Source of the DNA: Antechinus flavipes
Lineage: Eukaryota
Assembly: GCF_016432865.1 (NCBI RefSeq)
Contig: NC_067399.1
Span: 390,290,001-390,354,000 of the forward strand
Length of the DNA: 64,000 nt
Direction: 5' to 3'
Part shown: piece after piece, positions 38,839 through 62,061 of the stretch
Layout: every line of letters starts with the position of its first letter
How positions within the stretch are numbered: position 1 is the stretch's first letter
Notes under the pieces: generated by a model
What the model saw: only the letters and a program-made list of their open reading frames with translations
The model's database searches: none
Told to the model about the DNA's origin: nothing
Position numbers and translations under genes: made by a program

Positions 38839-39099
38839 ATTTTAAATTACCTTCTATAAGTATACAGTACACTACATTACAGAGAAAATAGAATTTGAAG
38901 GAATTTGAAAGAAAAGGTTTTGTGAGATTTAGTGGGAATGAAATATTACCTGTAAGAACCCCCAAATTCAGAATTCCTTAAAGCAAAAACAAACAAACAA
39001 ATAAATAAATGGATGAATTAATAAATGAATAAATCAGGTTACTGGGGGGAAATGTGGTTGATTGTGCCAGTATCTGTTCTTGAAAATTGCTCTTCACCA

Positions 39100-40810
39100 A
39101 TACACAATTGAACAGACAATTGATATTCCTTGTTGCACTGTTTCTAGTTTAAAGCAACTTTAGGGCTGGAAAATCAGTAGCTGGGGAAATGAGAAAAGTT
39201 TTATAGCCAATATGACCAAGTCTTTTCGTTTATTAGTGGTGGACCTGGTGAGAGTGGGTGGGGTGGGCCCAGTAAGGGAGATTTAGTTCTAAAGAAGAAA
39301 CTGGATGGGGAATAACTTCATGGAACCTCCAATCCTACCTGAACTATGGGTGCTAGGCAGAAATAAACATCATACTATTTTCTTGGATGTGGAGATGCTT
39401 CTGAAAGTATCAGGAATGATGAAAAAGTAAGATACATTTGCTGAAGATCACTGAAGATATGAATACTGAATCAACAGAATCCCAAACTGCATAGTCAGTA
39501 CCAACTCTCATGACCTCAAATTCTCACTCTCAAGGATGGCAGAAAGTTCTGGAAACTAATGTTAAACAACTGGATCGGAAGGAGCAGCTGAAATGAGATT
39601 TTAACTTTCACAGTAATAAATGGTGGGTCTTCATTTAGATGTGAGAAGCTTTCCAACTGAGATGTAGGTTGAGGATGATATTGAAAATGCCCCCATGTTT
39701 ACTCAGTCACAGTATGAAATATGGGTCCCTGAAAATGCCTCCATTGGCTCTCTTCTTGTGATTGTCTTGGCTATAGAGTTAGACTTGGACTTCTGCAGAT
39801 ATGTATTGTATTCCAAGCTTACGATGAAGTTAATCAAAACATTTGAAGAAAAATCATATCTTTAAAGAAATCTGACTGAAAAAAAATTACTTGACTTCAA
39901 AGCAATTCAGATATGTGGCATATTTATTGAGACCATAGACCTATGGCCTTTTTCAAGAAAATGTATGGTTTTGATTTTAAGTGAAAGGTTAGAGTGAAAA
40001 GACCATATCATCATTGATTGGCTCCACTTTTGAGAACCTGACTGAGACTATAGTTACTGATTGTTACATACATGATCTAGGACATGATCAAAGGACAATG
40101 GGAGGATAGTTTGCTTTATCCAAGAATATCTTCCTTTTATTCTAAAACGAGAGTTGAGAAACTTCTATACACTCAAAACAGAGACAGCAGAGTACAGACA
40201 ACCTGACTGAATAAAACATTATTATTACTGAATCAATATGGGAAATGCCCAGGCTCAAAACTTAACATAATGTCAGTGCTCATCTCCAATGACAACTCAC
40301 CAGTTTGTATACAGATAATCTATCGGCTTCACTTTGCTGCATCTCCTATTAAAGATGTGTCCTCTTTTGTTTACTTCAACTCAAAATAGAAAGTTTTCTT
40401 TTTTAAGATGAGTGAACTATTGAGACACCCAAACTTTTCATTTCTCTGTAAGGGTGACTGATGGCAGCTTGCTGGTTCTGTGCCAGATGTTGGTTTAGGT
40501 TGTAGTTCTGGATGAAGTACCCACTTCAGAATAGCACGTCTCCCTGAAATGCCTTGGTACTTGAGAATAGAAACAAGTTACCAAGGTGGTGGCTATGGAT
40601 GGGAACTTGAGGGAGAATTCCTCACTTTAGTGACAAGTCCATGGGATTTCCAGACTCATCACTCTGTGGGCCAATAACAAGAAATGAAACTCATTAGTGA
40701 GAGATGCCATTAAGCAAAGATTGGTGGAACTGCTGAATGAACTGACTACAGTGTCCTACTAGATGGCTTTTCTGAATTCTATATGCAACTCCAAAAATCA
40801 GCTAAGGAAT
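39100..40810 (+). pseudogene. Heavily decayed PCDHB pseudogene C
   Basis: Signal-peptide relic (AACAGACAATTGATATTCC), EC1 (AAAGAAGAAACTGGAT), EC2-EC6 relics up to GATGGCTTTTCTGAA at ~40765; multiple deletions. Confidence 0.8.
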
Positions 40811-43026
40811 TAGTTCCAAGTTCATGTTCTGTCAGATTATTGACTAGCCTTCATGTAATCAATATTAATAAAATGAGATAAGTTATATTTTCTCTTAGAT
40901 ATCTAAAATAATATTTTATCTCAGGATATTTTTTTCTTATATACCTGAGTTTTTCTTTCACTTTATAAGTTTTTAGTTCATGAACCTAGTATTTTTGAGA
41001 CTTTTTGGTCCCTCTTGGATATTTTACAAACAAGGAGTTTTTGCTCATTGCCACCAATTGCATTGTGACTGTGCAATGGATAAGAGGAAATAATTTCTCC
41101 TATAAAAGTCAACTTATACTAAACTACATAAACATCCCCTCTAGCTAATTAAAAAGAACAACTTAATGTCTTATTGAGGGAGAAATTGGCTGTTACCTTC
41201 AGGAACTAAAATTGACAAAAATGTTAAAATGAAAGTTTATAGCCACATTTAGACATAAACAGAATATTCTGGTTGTGAATAATTAATTTTCCCATAAACC
41301 AAGTTCTACATTATTTAACTTTTCTAATTAGCCAACACTTTGAAAGTAACATACAATTTATTTTTAGTAGTTTTATAGTCAAAGTTCAGACATAAACCAC
41401 TTTTCATATTATTAAACTTAATTTGTGAAATTACTTTTTAGGATTTTAAACATTTTTGGTCATTGACACCAGTTTCATGATGACTGTGCAATGGATAAGG
41501 ATTTCTCCCCCAAAAAGTTAACTAAGAACATAGAATAACATAATTTTAAGTAATTATAATTTTCCATAAAATATTAACACATCTTAAGAAAAATATTCAA
41601 CAGTATTAATATAATTTGTTGAAAAGAAAAGTAAAGTTTACTAAACTCAAAAACTGCCTTGAAATTGTTCAGTGCTCAATTGTGTTATGTTTTAATATGC
41701 ATCTAGTTTATTTCAATCATCTTTATGAGTGATTTTTAAAAGTTTATCAACTCAATTGTAAAAGATCTTATTATGATTATGTAGGCATGGAAATTAACGA
41801 TATTTAGTGGAACTTCAGGTCCAATAGGCAATTAACCTATTTTATTTTCTCAAAATCATTCCTGCTAACTTTCTCAAGTATTACTTTTAATCACTTCTAT
41901 GAACTTAAAAAAGCATAAGCATTTTTATTGACATTGTTTAATTTTCTACTTTATCTAGATAAATTAAACGCAGAGCTACAAACAAATTACTTTTTTGCCT
42001 TAGACTTTATTATCCTTTGTGAAATGAAATAAAGAAGTGAACAAAAAAATCAGAGGAAAATCTGAATGAACAATGGAAACTCGAGTTTAGTTGGATTTAA
42101 TTCCACTCAATAAAAAGATAAAAATAAATTTTAGATAAAAAAATTGGTTCGGAATATCATTTTATTTGGCTATTTATTTTATCATGTAGATCCTAAGGTT
42201 CCTGCTCCCTTTTCCCTCCCCCCCATATCAATAAGCCATATCAGTTTTTCACTTGTTCTGACCTTTGTCCAAGACATTGTTTTTAACTAAAAACACTGAT
42301 GTCAGTGTTAAAATGCACTAGAAATTAATTCTATGATTTTGGTATTCATCTCTAAGAAATTATTCCAATATATCAAGAATTTTTGATTTTGTGAGTGTAG
42401 GAATTCTCCCAGTGATGCAGACTTTTTAAAATGGCCTTATTTTATATCTTTGGAGAGTTTTCTGAAGCTTGGAAGATCAAATTATTTTATAGATAATATA
42501 GTGTCAAAGACAGAATTTTAATCCAGCTCTTTGACTGGACAAATCTTTAATTCCCTCCACTGTGCTGTATCATTTCTCTAAATTTCTCTGAAAATGACAT
42601 AATTTTTAAAACTGAGCTCCCTGAAAAGGAACATCATAATTTTACTTCGATTTCAATAATTAAAAGGATGTAAACAAATATATAAGATAGCTTATATAAG
42701 GGGCCATTGTTATGAAATAGTCCAGATACATTATGGGAAAATAAAATAGAGAATGGACTAATAACCTAATAAATTAGGCTTGAGGGACGTGAATGAAATT
42801 CACTGAGGTGTTTTTTTTTGTTTGTTTTTTGTTTTTTTTTTTTGTTTTTTGGGGTTTTTTGGTATTTTAGTTACAAATACTCTCTTGAAGCAATCTAAAA
42901 TTATTATTATAGTATCCAGTATCTTATTAGACAGGCCTGGCCTTATTTCCATCATTTGTAAACATAAAAGATTAAATTATATGACTTATAATATCATTAT
43001 AATTCTAACTTTCTAGTAGTTTGTGA

Positions 43027-43191
<165 letters not shown>

Positions 43192-43378
43192 TAGGAAAGA
43201 TTTAGGATAAATTTAGGACAGAAAAATTAGTGTTCTACAAATTATCACATTATTTTTTTTTCTATGTAACAATATGGTAAGAATCTACTCAATAGAACTT
43301 ACAAAAATACCTTAAACAAATATTGTTTTGGTTTTTTTTTAAATTCTCATAGATTATGTCTTAAGAAATTGCTTATTT

Positions 43379-43492
43379 GGTGGCAGCTAGATGGTGCAGT
43401 GGATAGAATCTCAGACATTTAATACTAGTTGGCTCTTTGATCCTGGGCAAGTCACTTAACTCCAATTGCCTCACACCCCGCCAAAAAAAAAA
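43379..43492 (+). mobile_element. WSINE1-like SINE with internal deletion, upstream of the gene 6 promoter
   Basis: GGCAGCTAGATGGTGCAGTGGATAGA|ATCTCAGACATTT...GGGCAAGTCACTTAACTCCAATTGCCTCA-polyA. Confidence 0.8.
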
Positions 43493-43926
43493 TGGAGAAA
43501 AAAAGAGAATTCTTTGTGTCTTTTAAAATACATTTTATTTAATAATTTTATTTTTACATCTCAATAAATTCTGGGAATGAGAAGGTTTTTACTTTTTTTT
43601 GTCTTGGTTGTCATCGCAAAGCCCTAATAAGTCATAAAAAATAAACTTCTGAGGTAAGACACTGAAGAAAAATTGGGACACCTCTCCATCATAACAAGTT
43701 GATTAATTTTAATCACCTTTTCATGACATTACTGATTATTCAAATAAGCTCTTCATTGTTTTGCATTGTTCTAATAATTCTTGTTTCTGTTCTTGAGTTC
43801 TGGGAGAAAGCTGATCCTAGAAATCTAAGAATATAATTTTCATATTAAGTTAAAGAACTTTAATCTAGATTTTTTTTTTTTGGATCGTGAACGGACTTTA
43901 CAGAGTGTAATTTGTCAATAAAGTCG

Positions 43927-43950
43927 CATGGTGGTGCTGCGGAACAAGAA
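43927..43950 (+). promoter_or_regulatory. Variant CSE of gene 6 (CGCT->TGCT)
   Basis: CATGGTGGTGCTGCGGAACAAGAA ~230 bp upstream of the ATG; flanks match the gene 7 promoter. Confidence 0.75.
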
Positions 43951-44086
43951 GGCGATTAAAAGAATTGTAAATTCTGCAGACTCCATTACCAAAACAAAGA
44001 CGGGTTCGGAAGAGAAGACTCCGCAGGTCTTAGCAAAAACTAAAATGTTTCCATAAGGGCTGTTCAGAATTACAAATAAGGAGTAG

Positions 44087-46537
<2,451 letters not shown>

Positions 46538-48129
46538 AATAACTATAGCATCAATTAATGATTCTATCTTATTAATATGATAATTTTAAGTGACTTTTTC
46601 ATCTTTTTTATTAGATTGTACTATAGCTAACTTTTTTGTGCTCCATTTTGTTCCATGTAAGCAATAGTTTAGTAATGTATTAAACTTGTTTTCTAGACAT
46701 ACATATAAAGACATACATAGTCAGTTTACTTAGATTTAGAAGGGACTTTAGATTGTTATATAGTTTAACTCTTTTATCATACAAAAAAAAAATAGACCCA
46801 GTGAATTTAAGTGTCTTGTTAGGACAGATCTGTTGCTTGTTGCTCATGGAAAAATGCAATATTTTTACAACAGTTTATGTTGTTAGTGTGTTAATACAGT
46901 GAAGCAAAACCATTTTCACATTTCCATTGTAAATGAAGGTTTGGCCACTAGTAGCACATATTCTAAAACTGAAACTGTATAGTGTTGATTAGTATGATTC
47001 CTGCTTAAAGATTGCAAATTCATTGAGCACCCCACATTTTGGATAAAATATTTCATGTATCTTGGCTCTTAAATCTCTTCATGTCTTTATATCAAATATG
47101 AGATGAGTGAACCTTTGAAAAATATGTTTTCTATGGTTACTGAATAATATTTTACTGGAGTTTTTAAAAATGTGGATTAAGTAGTTACAGGAGATATAAT
47201 TTTGATCTAATGGTATTTTCAGGATTTTAAAAAACTTCTTGTATTTTCTATTGTGTTAATGTAAGTTAAGGCTTTCCACAAATGGTAGCTCCTTTTATCA
47301 CTGGTCCTATGGAATGTGTTTACAAAATATGGAATGGTTAAAAAGTAATTTGTTTTGGAAACTCTGGCTATAAATTAAATGTTCAAGAATCCAAAAAAAA
47401 GCGTTTAGAGTTTTTCAGTGTATGAATGATCACTAATGACTGGTCATTAACTGGACCTGAAATTATGATTTGTTTGATGTTTCAAGTTTACCTACTACTG
47501 CTCTGCTTTCATAACAGAGATAAATTCAGTCTCACAAGTCTTCACCGAGGTTGGCACCATACATTTGCGTCTTAATTGGAAGGGGGGATTTGGGAAGACA
47601 TAGAAATGCACATTGTCAGAATAAAGGGACAGGCAAAAGGAAAAGAATGTAAAAATAAAGGGAGTGAGAAAGGATAGAAATAAAGAGACCAAAAGTGATA
47701 AAGAGGAAAAAAAGAGAAAAGAAGAAAAAAAAGTGCAGATCAAGAAGATGTACATATATCAAGACTAATGATAGGCTTAGGTGTCATAGGCCAACTTCAG
47801 AGTTTTTCTCTCCATTGTTTTATAGTGATTGGGTAACTCTGTGATAAGTATATCTAAAATATTTTAAAGAAATCATTTGAACTATGAAGAAAAAAAATCC
47901 TATAAATCCCATTTCAGAAATCCATTACACAAGGTTTTAAGACAACTAGGATTTCACTTCTATTTTGGAAGTTCACATAGACTGAAATAATGAATAAAGA
48001 GAAGGATTTGGAGAAAATTTTCAAGTCTTTCCTCTGGTATTCATGGAACTGTGTTACTAAGGGCAAGTCACATAGCAAGTCAGTTGCCCTAGATAATGGA
48101 CCTATGATTTCTTATATTCAGGAGTTCTT

Positions 48130-48420
48130 TCCAATGATGTAAATCTTAATACATCCATGCATCCATTCTGTGTGATTCTAGTGTATTTTCTTCCAAAATT
48201 TTGCCACAGGAGATGCAACATGCAGAAGGTCTTCGTCGCACTTTTCTTTGTCCCAATGGTATTGGAACGTTTTGGCTGTATGCCTATCATCTTTTCCTCT
48301 TGCCATGTATCCAGATTATTTTCTCTTCTTATCATGTGATTTCTTGATGATGTACTTCTGTTTTTCTTCAGTCTCTTCATTCCAAGTTTCAGCTAGATCA
48401 CAATCATTATCTGCTGCTTT
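48130..48420 (-). mobile_element. RTE-clade LINE 3' fragment
   Basis: A minus-strand frame gives KRK*SGYMARGKDDRHTAK, a decayed RRWAGHVAR..DNRWT motif of the RTE ORF C-terminus. Confidence 0.55.
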
Positions 48421-48905
48421 TCCATTTACCTCTGTGTGATATATTCAAATTTTGTTTTTTACAGGCACTGCTATTCCTTGTCTTATAGCCAGATATCAAC
48501 AAAATTTTCTGATTCTATAAATTACAAATGAACTTCAACCTGTGTTTTTCTTTTAGCCTTTTAAAGATTTCCCTATAGAACTGTAATTAAAGCTGTGGAG
48601 TCTCCCTCCACCTCAACCAGTGGAAGTTTAAATAAACATGAGCCAATCAACTTTTGACTTGATGGAGAAGGAAGATGAGAAAAAGTTATTAAATAAGGAC
48701 TCTAAAATGGAATTTTACCTTAATGATTTAAATATATACACGTATCACACTCAGCAAAGTAGCAAAAATGACAAGAGATGTCAATGATTGGAGAATCACA
48801 AGAAGACAAGAATGCAATTAGTGAATTCATGAATTGGTCTTACCATTCTGTAAAACAATTTGCACATCTGTAGAGAAAGAAATCACTAATGTTCATTCTC
48901 CTTGA

Positions 48906-50867
<1,962 letters not shown>

Positions 50868-51880
50868 AAATTGAAAAAAGAATGTTTTCAAGAATTGATA
50901 TATTCATTGATTTTTCAATATTTTTCATCTCTAATAGAAGAATTGAATTTGTTTTCTTTTCTACACCTTTTATTCGATAGAATATTGATTTGATTAATTA
51001 GCTGGGTCTTTAACCATTTTATGCATGCTTCTCCCTCATCTATCCTCCCTTGTTTCTGTAATAACATTTTACACTTTTATGTTAGAACTCAAAAGAATGC
51101 TAAACAATTTAAACTTGACAATTGTATTCTTCTGTCTTAGCTATCCACCAGTGAAGTGAAGCTTATCTTCACTTACAAATCAAGACATCACTCTTCTGAA
51201 GTCATTGGTCCTGTTTGAGAAAGGATGAACAAGAACAACAATAGGGTTGTTAGTTATGAAGAACTGAGCCCTTTTAGATCCTCTGCTCTTTTCTGTGCTA
51301 TTTAGTGTATTCTATGTCTTTCACAATACATGCTTTCTAACATTTAAAATTTTCAACACAAAAAAATGGTGTCACTAAAAGCAATAAGCTTGTTCCAAAA
51401 GCAAAATATGTCCATTTGATTCTCTTGTATAGTTGGTATTCTTGAGAATGATTGATGATGAGTATTTTATCATTGTGATTCAATGTGTATCTATACTTCC
51501 CCAACTTGTAGATATGATTATAACATATCTATTTCCCACAGTGTTGTGATTGCTGTTGTTTGTCTTTTTTTTTTTTTTTTTTGAGATTTATTCCTGGAAA
51601 TATGTGAACAAGATGAAGCATTTTTATCCTTTTAAATGAATTTGGGTTGAATTAACTAAAATAACTATCTTTGTCTGAATAAAATTTTTAACTTCATTGT
51701 CCATCATGGCATCATGCAGATATTCTCTCTATCTGTGCTTTACTATATCAGTCATTCACTTTGGGACAAATCACCTTAAAAATAGTCAGCTCTCCACCTT
51801 ATCTTATTTTTTTTCTATTTAGATAAATAGTATGGCTTTTCTTACAGGCTAAGTGGATTGTTCTCAACCATGAACTGAGA

Positions 51881-52215
51881 TATATTTAGAAAATCCTAAA
51901 GAATCAACTAAAACACTATTAGAAACAATTAGCAACTAACACTATTAGAAACAATTAACAACCTCAGCAAGTTTTATAGGATATAAATAAACCCACACAA
52001 ATCATTAGCATTTCTATATGTTACCACTAAAATTTAGCAACAAGAGATATAAAGAGAAATCCCATTTAAAATAACTGAAGACAATATAAAATACCTGTCA
52101 AGATATAGCCAGGAACTATGAATACAATTACAACACACTTTTTACACAAGTAAAGTTTGAGCTAAACAATTGAAAAAATATCAACTTCTCACGGGTAGGC
52201 TGAACTAATCTAACA
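51881..52215 (+). mobile_element. LINE-1 ORF2 (RT region) fragment
   Basis: TATATTTAGAAAATCCTAAAGAATCAACTAAAA..AAACCCACACAAATCATTAGCATTTCTATAT; internal ~26-bp tandem duplication. Confidence 0.8.
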
Positions 52216-52959
52216 ATTAATTGAGAGATGTTACAGGGGAAATTTGATGTAATAGGCTTATGGAAATGGCAAGATATTATAAAGGTCAAGAATTGAATAA
52301 AGAACTGATTATCTGAATGAATAAAAGCTTGGTCTGATTAAAATGCATTATTATTTCAGTTACATCTTAAAAAACAACCATTAGCTGATCCTTCTAATAC
52401 TACGATATGATATTGGATAAATCTCTTCCCCTCTCTTTGGCTCAATTTTATCGTAAAATAAATAATCATATAATAAGGATCCATGCAATCCTAACATTTT
52501 ACGATAATTCACTTAATTTTATTTAGATACATTGGGCTGGAATTCAAGAATTTATATGTCTTCTAACAAATCAAGTTACAAGGTAAATACCACTCATATT
52601 CATGGAGCATAATGAAAGCTAAGCAGATAGGAATGATTGACTGAGAATACAACCTTGCTGCAGAAGTTTTTACATTATCCAGAAGTTTTGAGGAAAAAAC
52701 TTTATTTCCTGTAATGTCAGAAGTGACGAAATACAATGAAAATAGTTTTTATTTTAAAGCAAAATTGTTAATTACCTATTTAATTTATGACTTTATACTC
52801 GGTAGCCCTTGTATTATGAACAGCTTCATTAGCAGGGTAAATGATGTTTTCTCTAACCATAATTGATAAGTGTCTTGGGAAGACAACATAATTTCCTTGG
52901 TTTTCATAAGTACTATAACTAGAGTGGATTAATAGGTAACTGGGTGAGACATAGAAAAG

Positions 52960-53165
52960 AGTACAGAACTTGTAGTGAGGGAGACGCGAATTTGAATACT
53001 ACTTCAGAGCTTGCTAGTGTGACTGGGCAAATCACTTAATTTTTTGAAGCTTCAGTGTCCTCATCTTAGCAATAATATCTTCTTCACAAGGTTACAAGGA
53101 TTAACTGAAAAAATGTAAAAAACGTTTTGTAGATCCTAAATCTCAATACAAATGCTAGCAGTAAC
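52960..53165 (+). mobile_element. MIR/CORE-SINE just upstream of the gene 7 CSE
   Basis: GCTAGTGTGACTGGGCAAATCACTTAA..CTTCAGTGTCCTCATC..TCACAAGGTT; boundaries approximate. Confidence 0.6.
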
Positions 53166-53242
53166 TGTTATTAGTTTATCTGAAAGGATCTATATATTTT
53201 CTGACTGAAAAGGATATAAAGAGTAATTTGTCAATAAAGACG

Positions 53243-53266
53243 CGTGGTGGCGCTGTAGACTAAGAA
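53243..53266 (+). promoter_or_regulatory. CSE/CTCF site of gene 7
   Basis: CGTGGTGGCGCTGTAGACTAAGAA, CGCT at 53251. Confidence 0.85.
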
Positions 53267-53428
53267 AGAATAAAATGCTGCAGAGCCTGTGGATTGGCTA
53301 AACTCAGAGAAAAGAAAACACAAAAGCTACGCCCGGGGAAGGAGATGTTTTCCAAGCCATAGCCGGAGCTGAAGAAATATTAGTAATTGCTATCTGGGAG
53401 AACAAATAAACTCATCAGAATCTCTTGA

Positions 53429-55888
<2,460 letters not shown>

Positions 55889-57123
55889 AGGTATGAAGTG
55901 ATGAAAATGCACGTGTGATTTTGTTATATTTGCTACGGACATTGCTCCCAGTAGTCTGTATTGCTTAGAATGTTAGAGAGTTACTGTAATGGTACTCTTC
56001 AAAAAAATTTTTTTTAAATTTCTGCAGGTTCAATAGTTCAGTCATTTGTATACTCATGCATTGCATTCATTTGCATTATCTTCTTTTTAAATTCAAAGAA
56101 CAGAATTTTGTTTGACATTTGCTTGATTAAAGTGACACATTTGAGCTCTAACCCACTCTCTGAGCCCATATGATCACTCTTAATGTTCTAATTTCTATGT
56201 CCCTATCCTACCAATCTTTACAGAAACAATGAAGATGAGTATAATGTGGATGCTAGATGCCCTTGAGTTATGGGGAACGTAGGTCAATCTTTGTTATCAT
56301 CTGCACTTTACAATTTCATATTCTCTTCCCATTGTGTTTCAATACAAGTAAATGCAGTCTTTGCTCTATTGTATTCTTTCCCCTACAAAAATCATAATTA
56401 TTCTGAGTAAGGCCTAGAAGTTTCTTTTGGCATATGTCTTATTCAACTCCATATCTATTTCTGTGTGACATTTTAGAAATAAAATAATTATATGCTTTCC
56501 TGAAAATTAATATCATATGCCAACTGAAATAATTTTTATGCAAGATACATAAATGTATTTAAAGAACCTAGACAAATTTTTATCAAGTATAATTTTAAAG
56601 AGTATTTTTATGAGGATTTGTTTTACCCAACAAATACTTGGCACATCCCTGAGAAATTTTTAAAAATACACCTATTTTATATTTTTAGAAAATTTAATCT
56701 GTGTTTTTGGGTTTATATTATGATTACTTGCCAATACTACTTCCCTTTTCCCAAAGAACTATAATTTATAACAGAATAAAGCAGATGATAAAAATAAACC
56801 ATCAAAAAGACCGAGTGTGCTAGGTTCTGCACCTTAACTCTCCATCTCTCTACTAAGAGAAGGAAACTATTTTATGTTGTACTCTATAGTTAAGATTGAT
56901 TGTTGCATTTAACTTCATTCTAATATTTTTAGTGTTGTTTTCATTTAAATTCTTGCAGTCCCTATTTATATTATTACCTTGATTCTTTCTTTTTCATCAG
57001 TTCATATTTATTTTCAAATGTTTCTGATTTGCATCTAACCGTTGTTTCTTATAGCTTAATACAAATCAATTACATTCATATACCATAATTATTCAGCTGT
57101 TCCGTAGTTAATGAGCACTTCTA

Positions 57124-57150
57124 TAAAACAAAACAAAACAAAACAAAAAC
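57124..57150. repeat. (AAAAC)n microsatellite
   Basis: Direct reading. Confidence 0.85.
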
Positions 57151-58036
57151 AATAGTTTTTGCTACAGCAAAATCTGTTTTGCTATGAATATTTTAGTTAT
57201 ATGAGACTTTTGTTTAATATAGATCCCAATTTCACATATAGAAGTGAACAGATATCATTAATCATCTCTGGCTCACAAAATGTATTAACGAAGCTTTGGG
57301 GAAAATATTAATTGGATCGATTCAAAGAAATAAATGTAATTTTGTGAATCTTCATATTCTTCATTGATCTCAAGATTGTTTTAATATTGCTGGACAATTT
57401 TCTTAAACTGGAATTTTAATAGTAAATTAACCCCTCTAAATAATATAGTTCTGGAGCCAAATGTATAGACAGTGACCTAGAATTTAAATACTTTGTTTCT
57501 CTTGAACCTATGCGCACTTGCAAATATGTCCTCCTTGATTTGAAAGTGTTTAAAATAATTTAATTACGTACTTTCTCCACTACTTCACTTCTTATCCTCT
57601 TCTCTCTTGATCTCTTTGCCATGGTTTCTCTGTTCTTTTTCTGTTTTGTCTCTTGTCTCTCCTATTTTCTGACTATCCCTGTTTTTGTTTCTGTTCTGTC
57701 TCTGCTCTGGATAGAGAAAGTAAGGCCTAATATATTTTTTTGACTATTGTCTCTGTATATCTCTGTCTCTCATTATTTCATTATTCTCTCCCTCTTTCTC
57801 CCCTGCCCTCCCTTTCTTTCTCCCTCTCAGGAGATCAGGAGACAAACAATGTGGGTGATTATGTGTTTTATCATTTCACCACACCAGTCTGTAGAGCTCT
57901 TTCCAAATCCCCTATACCATAAGAGAATGGCGTTTCAAATCCTGGATAGCAAAATATTCTATAGACATTAGATGTCTGACATACTTTGCAAAACAGCAAA
58001 CCATAAAAACCTAAGTTTTAACTTCTAGTAGTGACA

Positions 58037-58060
58037 CTTGGTGGCGCTGCAGGCTAAGAA
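58037..58060 (+). promoter_or_regulatory. CSE/CTCF site of gene 8
   Basis: CTTGGTGGCGCTGCAGGCTAAGAA, CGCT at 58045. Confidence 0.85.
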
Positions 58061-58148
58061 GGAGACACTGGTTCTGCATTCTGGTTTCTTAGAAATTGTG
58101 AAACAGACTAGAAGACCGAGACAAAGGCAGAAGAAGCAACGTTATTAG

Positions 58149-60665
<2,517 letters not shown>

Positions 60666-61791
60666 AGATGAAATATTTTCCCCCACAAATTCTATCAAGA
60701 ATATTTTTTTGTCTCTGAATGAGTTTTTAAATACATCTAAGAATGTGTTTTAAGTGCTGATTTATCTATTTTGTCCCTTTGTTTTCCAAGTTTTAAATTT
60801 TCTTTTCCACCTTTGTATAATAAAAATTGAGGATGTCCTTCAGAACATATCCTTTCATTGCATTACTTGTAAAGGATTTTGCAGCTAACATCCCTTAAAA
60901 TCAATTTTTCCATTTTAAAACCAAATTTATCCTCAAATAAAGTACATTTCAACTATCTAAGCATATACATGCTGCACAATTTCTTTCTCTAAGTCTTTTT
61001 ACTCAACTTTGAATGGATACAATTATGCATAACTTATCTATTTTTAAAATTCCATGGTTTTCTCTGCCTATTTTTCCTTCCATTCATTAATAATTAATGG
61101 AATATACCCCTAAGCCCAATTTTAGTTAGTATATGAAGCCATTATTTTCGTTGAGTTGGCAGGTGCTCAGGAGGTTGACTATTTTTTCTCCCTTTTTTGT
61201 TAGAATTTATTGTCACCCTCTTCTTAAATCTTTATTTAATTCTCTGAAGATATACTACTTACTTGGCAAGAAAACACATGTGAACCATATCTCTTCCTCT
61301 TAATCTACCATTGATAGAACAATATATGGAAAAGATGACCACAAATATCTTTATGAAGTCAGGGGAGAGTGTCTTCAGCAATTTCAATAGTCACATACTT
61401 AATAAACTATTTCTTGTCTCTCTGTAGCTCTTGATAATTGATTCAATTTTCATTTCCAAGTGTGGCTGTGGTAAAATTCTTCACTGAGACAGGTAGTGAT
61501 GCCATAAACAGATAAAGAATACCACAATTATGCTTGTGGAGTGGCAGGTCACTTTTGTGGTAGAAAATGAAAGAGGATAGTATCAGCGTCCCATGAATGG
61601 TTTTTCCTCTTCATTTAACATTATTTTTCAATACTTCTCTAATCTTAGAAAATAGTCTATGTTTACCTAAAATACTCTGTGCTTGAATTTGTTTGTCTCC
61701 TGAAACATACATGAAAACATCAACTTTGCAAGAACCAATAGATTTTAACTATTTTTACCGAACTGTACAATCCTTGCGTTATTTGATTGAG

Positions 61792-61818
61792 CCACTTAGT
61801 GGCGCTGTAGACCAGGAA
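61792..61818 (+). promoter_or_regulatory. CSE/CTCF site of divergent gene 9
   Basis: CCACTTAGTGGCGCTGTAGACCAGGAA, CGCT at 61803, ~260 bp upstream of the ATG. Confidence 0.8.
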
Positions 61819-62061
61819 GAAGCCTTTCGGAAAATCCCAGAGCGAAACTCTGTCACATGAAACCCCTTGCTTTCGGAAAAGCACTTGGGTCTGCAGGGCG
61901 CTTTCAAGCTGTGCCTAAATCCTGACCTCTGCTATTGGAAACATTGTCGTAGCTGGAACCTGAACAGTGGAGTCCTGTGCCCATCTGACCCTTTTTCTGA
62001 CTTGGGGGTCACCACAACCGCAACGCTGTGTTTAGTAACCAGTTGATGTGGAGAGACAGTA

